Of a stretch of DNA of 13,840 nucleotides, positions 7,851 through 13,840 are shown piece after piece. The notes below the pieces were generated by a model, which had not been told where the DNA came from, ran no database searches, and worked only from the letters and a program-made list of their open reading frames with translations. The first letter of the stretch is position 1, and each line of letters begins with the position of its first letter. The translations under genes were made by a program, and so were the position numbers. The stretch spans positions 1-13,840 of the forward strand of contig SDNY01000097.1 of the NCBI GenBank assembly GCA_004524535.1, written 5' to 3'. The DNA is from Promethearchaeota archaeon (GTDB lineage Archaea > Asgardarchaeota > Lokiarchaeia > Sigyniarchaeales > SOKP01).

Positions 7851-8414
7851 TTAATCTACTGCTTCTTCTTTTTCAAGTTCTAAAATCCAATGTAGCCCTA
7901 AAGCTCCAAATACTAATCCAACCATTAAATAATAGCAAACAACCCCCGTAAAAAATAGCCAAATAACTACGACATAAAAAGGAGCTAAATTTGCGCTAAA
8001 AATAATGTGTTGGAATGTTTTTAATTTCCCGCCAATTGTAATTTCAGTTCTACCTAATAACGTTATATATCCTAATTTCATGAAGGAAAAAATTAAAATT
8101 AAAATACCAAACATAAGCATGCTTTTAGCTCTACTTTTATTATCAATTTTTCTTGAAGATAATTTCAGAAGAAGTAGTCCAATTATAAAAAAGAAACAAA
8201 TTGAGCTAATTAGAAATATAAATATTAACGTACCCGAGAGTGAAACGTAAGTTGAGTTAAATATAAATTCCTGAAAAAGCATTTTCTTGCCATATAGATT
8301 AATTTGTGTGGCTAATAATAGAAATATATTAAATAACTCGATAGATGAGAGAAAGATAAAAAGTAGACCAAAAACTATAAGAGCTTTTTTATAATATTTT
8401 TCTTTATATACCAA
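7851..8414 (-). CDS. Hypothetical membrane protein (about 4 TM)
   Basis: 187-aa ORF with four long hydrophobic segments, filling the gap between the two TFB-like genes. TTG start is uncertain. Confidence 0.68.
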   Translation of the reverse strand: MVYKEKYYKKALIVFGLLFIFLSSIELFNIFLLLATQINLYGKKMLFQEFIFNSTYVSLSGTLIFIFLISSICFFFIIGLLLLKLSSRKIDNKSRAKSMLMFGILILIFSFMKLGYITLLGRTEITIGGKLKTFQHIIFSANLAPFYVVVIWLFFTGVVCYYLMVGLVFGALGLHWILELEKEEAVD

Positions 8415-8570
8415 TTGGGGCCACTATTTTTATTTTCTAAAATTAAAAATATAATTAATAATTATAATTTGATCGATTTCTTATAAAAATTCTTATAGAA
8501 ATTTTACTTCTAATGCAATTGAAAGTATAATAATTTATGATCAAAAAATTTTTATAAATGGGCTATTTCA

Positions 8571-9542
8571 TTGAAAAAACTGAGACAAGATAATTCAAAT
8601 AACGAATGTCCTCATAAAAATATTAAGAGTGAGGGAGGATTTCTTGTTTGCCAAGATTGTGGCTTAACATTAGATGATAATTACGAATTTGAAACTTCCA
8701 TTAATGGTATATATAAAGAATCTCAGTTAGATTATGAAAGAAATATTAGAATAAGAGATTCAAAAGCTATACAAGATCCTATTATCAAAAAGAAATATGA
8801 TAGAATCCAAACGCTCGAAAAATGGTATCGAGATTACGAAACTAGTTTTACAGAACAACGAAAAACGATTGTATTGTTAAAAAATTATGGATTTAATATA
8901 GATCAAGTTAAATCTCAAGCCATTAGAAAGAGATATCTCAAATATAATAGAAAACATCGGCGTACATATGAAAATATGGTCATTATGCTTCTTGCAATCG
9001 TATGGTTAGAAATTAAAGAAACTACTAATGTGCGTGTAGAAAGATATATAGAAGTATCTAATGAGTTAGGACACAAAATTAATAAAAAAATGCTTAATAA
9101 TGCAATGCTCAAGATAAAGAAAACTGAGAAAATGTGGAAAAAATTAAAATCTCAAATTGATATTGAAAAAGAGATAAAGGAAAAAATCAAAATTTTATAT
9201 CAAAAGGATTTAAATAGTATTTCTTACGATAAAGTTAAAGAAATTATTCCTCACAAATCGGATTTCGAAAAATTAAAGATTGAAATGCAAATATTGGCGG
9301 ATGATTTACTTAAGAAAATACCTTATAAAGATTTAAAAAACTTAAATTATAAAGCATTCACAGCGGGATTGATTTATTATATAGGACAAACTTTAGAAAA
9401 TCCTAAAAACCGTAAAATTTTTACTCAAAGTCTTATTGAAGAATCAACGAATTTTTCCAGTACAACCATAAGGAAAAAGTTTAACATTTTAAAGGATATT
9501 TTAGGGCTTCCAAATAGCCAAAACAAATTAGCTGTAAATTAA
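8571..9542 (+). CDS. Divergent TFB-like protein (TFIIB-type Zn ribbon plus degenerate cyclin folds and C-terminal HTH)
   Basis: CPH...GFLVCQDCGLTL Zn ribbon; YDRIQTLEKW linker-like helix; NYKAFTAGLIYYIG aligns with DPKGLAAACIYIA; FTQSLIEESTNFSSTTIRKKF aligns with KTQSRVAEIAKITEVTLRSRA. TTG start. Confidence 0.72.
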   Translation: MKKLRQDNSNNECPHKNIKSEGGFLVCQDCGLTLDDNYEFETSINGIYKESQLDYERNIRIRDSKAIQDPIIKKKYDRIQTLEKWYRDYETSFTEQRKTIVLLKNYGFNIDQVKSQAIRKRYLKYNRKHRRTYENMVIMLLAIVWLEIKETTNVRVERYIEVSNELGHKINKKMLNNAMLKIKKTEKMWKKLKSQIDIEKEIKEKIKILYQKDLNSISYDKVKEIIPHKSDFEKLKIEMQILADDLLKKIPYKDLKNLNYKAFTAGLIYYIGQTLENPKNRKIFTQSLIEESTNFSSTTIRKKFNILKDILGLPNSQNKLAVN

Positions 9543-9651
9543 CTCTAATTTTTTATAAATTCTATTGATTTAATCTGAAAATAAATCATTATAAAGACTT
9601 AAACCCTTTAATAATTATCATTAGGTTTTTTCAAATTTATTAAAAAATAAA

Positions 9652-12540
9652 ATGTCTATTGCAGAAATTACAGAAAGAAATTATTATAATAAAACCATAG
9701 ATGAGTTACTAAAAGAATTTAATTCTGATCCCGAAAACGGATTGAAAACTTTAGAATTAGAGAGTCGTCTTAATGAATTTGGATACAATGAGCTTCCCAA
9801 AATTAAGAAATCAATCGTCAAAATATACCTCTCCCCAATATTTAACTTTTTAATCGTTATTTTAATTATTACAGGGATTATTGTTATTATTCTAGGGAGT
9901 CCAGAGAACACAATTATTACGTTTACAGTGGTGGGCATGAATTCGTGTACAGCAATAATTCAATCCTATCGGGGACAAAAAGCTCTAGAGTCCCTAAGGC
10001 AAATCTCAGCATTAAAGGCAATTGTAATACGTGATGGAAATAAATTTGGACAAGAAATACAAACAAGAGAATTAGTTCCTGGAGATATTGTAATTTTAAA
10101 TCAAGGATCAAAAATTCCTGCTGATGGTCGAATATTAGAATCTGTAAATTTAACCATAGACGAAGCTCCTTTAACAGGTGAGAGCGAACCTGAAGAAAAA
10201 AATAACTTGATGATTGAAAAAGAAAATGTTCCTATTCAGGATCAATCCAATATGGTTTTCATGGGTACATATGTCCATACAGGAAGAGCTAAAATTTTAA
10301 TTACTGGAACAGGTATCAATACTGAAATTGGAAAAATCTCTATCCAATTAAATGAGATGGGATCCATTGAAGACATCCCTTTAACTCACAAATTAAATAG
10401 ATTAGGTTATATCTTAGGAACTGTGGTAATTATAAATCTCATAGTACTTATCGTTTATAAATTCACGATATTAAATCTTTGGAGCGAGATAATTAAAGGA
10501 AATTTTGAAAATGAAAATATTGGTATAGCACTTGTGAGCTCAATATTAAGGGCAATGAATATCATGCCTATTAATTTACCTCTATTAACCACTTTAGTTC
10601 TCGTTACAGGAGTACTGAATATGGCACAAAATGGAGTAATAATTAAAAATTTATCAGCTATAGAATCTCTCGGGCGCGTCTCTGTTGTGTGCTCTGACAA
10701 AACTGGAACAATAACTAAAAATGAAATGGCGGTTGAAAAATTTTGGATAAATGAAGAAGAATACGATGTATCTGGTTCTGGTTATGATGCTCAAGGTGAA
10801 ATTCAAAAAGATGAAAAAGAAATTAATTTAAACGAGGATCCAACATTTCAACGATTTATTAATTCAATAATTATAAATAACAACTCAAAACTTATATTTG
10901 AAAACGTTAAAGTTAAAATTGGAGAAACTAGAGAAAAAACGGTACGAAGAGCTTTAGGATCTCCTACAGAAGCTGCATTATTAGTATTGGCTGAAAAAGC
11001 TGGGTATAATCCTACTGAAACTAAGAATAAATTTGAGATTATGAAAGAATATTCGTTTAGTTCTGAATTTAAAAGAATGACTACAGTTTGCAGCTTATTT
11101 GAAGACAAATTCGAAATTTATGCATTTTCAAAAGGTGCACCTGAAAGGATTTTAGATATATCTGATAAAATCGAAATAAATGGACAGCAGAAATCTTTTA
11201 AAAATAAACAAGAGATATTAAATAGAATTAACGATCGAGCCAATCAAGGTTTCAGAATACTAGCTATTGCATATAGAAAATTAAAAGAATTTGATAATCC
11301 TAAAAGAGAAGATATTGAGAGGAATCTGACATTTTTGGGTTTTGTGTCAATAATGGATCCCCCTCGAATTGGAGTTAAAAAATCTGTTGAAGATTATCAA
11401 TCTGCCGATATTAAAGTTATAATGATTACTGGTGATCATCCAGCAACTGCCCAAACTATTGCATCTGAGATGGGAATATATAAAGAGGGAGATTTTGTAG
11501 TTGAAGGTAGGGAAATTAAAAATCTTAGCAACGATAAATTTAATAAAGTTTCTGTATTTGCTCGTGTAGCTCCTGCTGATAAAGAAGTTATTATTGAAAA
11601 ATACCAAAGCCAAAATAGAGTTGTAGCAATGACGGGTGATGGAATCAATGATTCTCTTGCCTTAAAAATGGCAAATGCGGGTATAGCAATGGGGATAACT
11701 GGAACGGATGTTGCTAAAGAAACGGCAGACATGGTAATTTCAGATGATGACTTTACTTCAATAGAGCAAGGTGTAAAAATTGGAAGAGGGCTTTTTTCTA
11801 AAATAAGAACAATAATTTATTTTTTCATTTGTTTAAATATAATGGAAGCTGTAATATTCTTTGGATATGAATTCATACCAACTTTCGTATTATTTAAGTC
11901 AGAATGGCAACATATTTATATCTTTGGTGTAGTTCATTCACTTCCATCCTTAGCTTTAGTTATTGATAAGCATCCAAAAAATATAATGAAAGAACCTCCA
12001 AAAGACGAAGAAGAATTGTTAAATAAAAATATGTGGGTAATGTTATTACTTCAAGCGTTCTTAATGGGATTGGGGTTAATATTGGCTATTCAATTAACAT
12101 TAGGCGGGGGAATATTCGGCCTAAATGAGTGGAATGTCAATCCAAATTTAAGCTATATTCCCAAGAATACTTCAAATGATGAGTTAGTTGCTATGAAAGC
12201 CCGAACGATGTTTATGACTACATTATATATAGTAGAAACATTTTTTATCTGGACCTTTCGCCGACCTAATCAATCCGTTATTGAAAGCATTAAGGATGAA
12301 GATATGGGAAAAACATTACTTGTTATTTGTTTGATTACATTATCTCTACATGTTTTAATTATATGTTTTTCTTATCATTTCAATAATGCTGTAAATAATA
12401 CGCTAGGATTGAATTTTCAGCTGAATTTTATGTTTCTGAGTGCACTGGATTGGTTAATTTGTATTTTGTTTGCTCTACCTGGCTTAATTGGAATTGAAAT
12501 CTTCAAATATTATGCAAGAAAAAAGGAAATAGTTTTCTAA
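9652..12540 (+). CDS. P-type ATPase, type II-like scaffold with non-canonical transport site (TM4 PINLP)
   Basis: GYNEL, PGD, PADGR, TGES, CSDKTGT (D349), KRM, KGAPE, DPPR, MITGD, FARVAP, MTGDGINDS and GTDVAKE are all present; about 10 TM segments. Confidence 0.95.
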   Translation: MSIAEITERNYYNKTIDELLKEFNSDPENGLKTLELESRLNEFGYNELPKIKKSIVKIYLSPIFNFLIVILIITGIIVIILGSPENTIITFTVVGMNSCTAIIQSYRGQKALESLRQISALKAIVIRDGNKFGQEIQTRELVPGDIVILNQGSKIPADGRILESVNLTIDEAPLTGESEPEEKNNLMIEKENVPIQDQSNMVFMGTYVHTGRAKILITGTGINTEIGKISIQLNEMGSIEDIPLTHKLNRLGYILGTVVIINLIVLIVYKFTILNLWSEIIKGNFENENIGIALVSSILRAMNIMPINLPLLTTLVLVTGVLNMAQNGVIIKNLSAIESLGRVSVVCSDKTGTITKNEMAVEKFWINEEEYDVSGSGYDAQGEIQKDEKEINLNEDPTFQRFINSIIINNNSKLIFENVKVKIGETREKTVRRALGSPTEAALLVLAEKAGYNPTETKNKFEIMKEYSFSSEFKRMTTVCSLFEDKFEIYAFSKGAPERILDISDKIEINGQQKSFKNKQEILNRINDRANQGFRILAIAYRKLKEFDNPKREDIERNLTFLGFVSIMDPPRIGVKKSVEDYQSADIKVIMITGDHPATAQTIASEMGIYKEGDFVVEGREIKNLSNDKFNKVSVFARVAPADKEVIIEKYQSQNRVVAMTGDGINDSLALKMANAGIAMGITGTDVAKETADMVISDDDFTSIEQGVKIGRGLFSKIRTIIYFFICLNIMEAVIFFGYEFIPTFVLFKSEWQHIYIFGVVHSLPSLALVIDKHPKNIMKEPPKDEEELLNKNMWVMLLLQAFLMGLGLILAIQLTLGGGIFGLNEWNVNPNLSYIPKNTSNDELVAMKARTMFMTTLYIVETFFIWTFRRPNQSVIESIKDEDMGKTLLVICLITLSLHVLIICFSYHFNNAVNNTLGLNFQLNFMFLSALDWLICILFALPGLIGIEIFKYYARKKEIVF

Positions 12541-12665
12541 CATTTTATTTATACAATCTTTTTGTTAAAAAAAAATAATTAAAAATAATAAATATTATAG
12601 TCTTATTATAAAAAATTATTATTTACTAAAATTTAAACAATAATCACAATTACTTCTATTTATCA

Positions 12666-13840
12666 ATGACAGTTGCGGAAGATACTCCTGTAGAAATAAA
12701 TTATTATAACTTAAAACTAGAGGAAATCTACAAAAATCTTCAAACTGATCCAAATAAGGGATTAAGTGAAGAAGAAGCTATAAGAAGATTAGAGCAGTAT
12801 GGTCCTAATGAAATTCCAAGAGTTTCTAAAGGTTTTATTAAGATTTATCTAGCCCCTCTCTTCAATTGGCTCATTGTTATTTATCTTATAGGCGCATTGA
12901 TATTATTCTTGGCTTGGTTCTTTGGAGAAGGGGGCAATATGACTTTTATCGCTCTTACACTTGGCATCGTTTTTCTTAATTGTTTAATAGCTATTTTTCA
13001 ACAATATCGTGCCACTAAAAAATTGAAAGCTCTCCGAGAACTTACTGCACCTACATCAACGGTAATTAGAAATGGACAGAAAAAAGATATCCCAACGAAA
13101 GAAATTGTAAGAGGAGATTTAATGGCTATAAATCAAGGTGATAAAATTCCTGCTGATGGAAGAATAATTAGTTCAACCATTCTTGAAGTTAACGAGGCGG
13201 CTCTAACTGGTGAAAGTGAATCAGTACTAAAGCTTCAACAGGGTGAAGCATTGGACGGGGTAAAAATACCCATAGGCGCCCGAAAAAATATGGTTTATTA
13301 TGGTACATACGTAGCAATGGGGAATGGAATCGCAATAGTAGTAGAAACGGGTGGAAATACAGAAATTGGTAAAATTTCTCAAGGATTAGAAGAAGCTGGA
13401 ACTAGTGAAATACCAATACGTAAAAAAATGAATAATTTTGGAAAATGGTTGGGACTAATAGTTATGTTATTTTGGTTTATAATTTTAATGATTATTTGGA
13501 TTGGAAGTGGTTTTAAAAAGCTAGAAATAGTCAAGAGTCTTAATTCGGCAATGGACATAATGCCCATTAATATTCCATTATTGACAACCATTGTTCTATT
13601 GACTGGTGTTTTAGCAATGGCTCATCATGGTGTCATCGTTCGAAATCTTGCATCAGTTGACAGTTTAGGGCGAGTTAGCGTAGTTTGCAGCGATAAAACA
13701 GGGACCTTAACCAAGAATCAAATGGCAATTGAATATGTTTGGACAGATAATTCTTTATTTAAAGTAACTGGAAGTGGTTATGATCCTGAAGGTGATATTT
13801 TTTTAATGGATGATCCTAAAAATCTCGTAATAGTAACCCG
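12666..13840 (+). CDS. Second P-type ATPase paralog (TM4 PINIP), 3'-truncated by window edge; absent from the ORF track
   Basis: Translated by hand from ATG 12666: MTVAEDTPVEINYYN...GLSEEEAIRRLEQYGPNEIP...IPADGR...LTGESE...TEIGKI...SAMDIMPINIPLLTTIVLLTGV...SLGRVSVVCSDKTGTLTKNQM. Open to the window end. Confidence 0.93.
   Translation, partial: MTVAEDTPVEINYYNLKLEEIYKNLQTDPNKGLSEEEAIRRLEQYGPNEIPRVSKGFIKIYLAPLFNWLIVIYLIGALILFLAWFFGEGGNMTFIALTLGIVFLNCLIAIFQQYRATKKLKALRELTAPTSTVIRNGQKKDIPTKEIVRGDLMAINQGDKIPADGRIISSTILEVNEAALTGESESVLKLQQGEALDGVKIPIGARKNMVYYGTYVAMGNGIAIVVETGGNTEIGKISQGLEEAGTSEIPIRKKMNNFGKWLGLIVMLFWFIILMIIWIGSGFKKLEIVKSLNSAMDIMPINIPLLTTIVLLTGVLAMAHHGVIVRNLASVDSLGRVSVVCSDKTGTLTKNQMAIEYVWTDNSLFKVTGSGYDPEGDIFLMDDPKNLVIVT

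Noticed and set aside
7851-8414. Membrane protein as a CDC50-like beta subunit for the ATPases
   Set aside because: It has about four TM helices with short loops, whereas CDC50 has two TMs around a large exoplasmic domain. It is also on the opposite strand and separated by another gene.
8558-8593. Upstream ATG (MGYFIEKTETR*) overlapping the TFB-like gene's TTG start, as a uORF or frameshifted start
   Set aside because: Only 11 codons, out of frame, and expected by chance. The TTG frame already contains the whole Zn ribbon.
5105-9112. ORFs 5105-5311 (+), 8005-8250 (+) and 8915-9112 (-)
   Set aside because: Fully nested antisense to better-supported genes.
9652-12540. Default annotation as a Ca2+-transporting ATPase, or as a P3A H+ pump (TM4 PIAMP/PVGLP)
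   Set aside because: E309, N796, T799 and D800 equivalents are absent, and the TM6 Asp essential for P3A pumps is His.
9684-13591. Seven short minus-strand ORFs inside the ATPase genes, including 13379-13591
   Set aside because: Antisense shadows. 13379-13591 appears free-standing only because the second ATPase is missing from the track.
9652-13840. Calling the ATPases bona fide P4 flippases
   Set aside because: They have TGES rather than DGET, P2-type DPPR and GDGIND motifs, and no TM5 YKN lysine. The resemblance is limited mainly to TM4, so it is kept as a hypothesis only.

Overview
AT-rich archaeal window. The archaeal call rests on TFB genes, a tungsten-type AOR and a GGTGA-type SD; an Asgard/Lokiarchaeia origin is my inference from gene content and composition, not proven. 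In order: 3' end of 6-phospho-3-hexuloisomerase, a stand-alone SET-domain protein, endonuclease IV, a membrane metal-dependent hydrolase, a membrane protein, a degenerate ~90-bp relic copy of the AOR gene, a DUF6516-like toxin-antitoxin pair, aldehyde:ferredoxin oxidoreductase, a nitroreductase, a TFB paralog, a membrane protein, a highly divergent TFB-like protein, and two tandem P-type ATPases. The second ATPase is truncated by the window end and missing from the ORF track. Most notable: both ATPases have a type-II (SERCA-like) scaffold, but the ion-binding TM4 motif PEGL is replaced by PINL/PINI, resembling the PISL motif of eukaryotic P4 lipid flippases. The complete copy has also lost its TM6 Ca2+ ligands, which suggests a P-type ATPase subfamily with a non-canonical substrate. 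No rRNA, tRNA, CRISPR array or transposase was seen.
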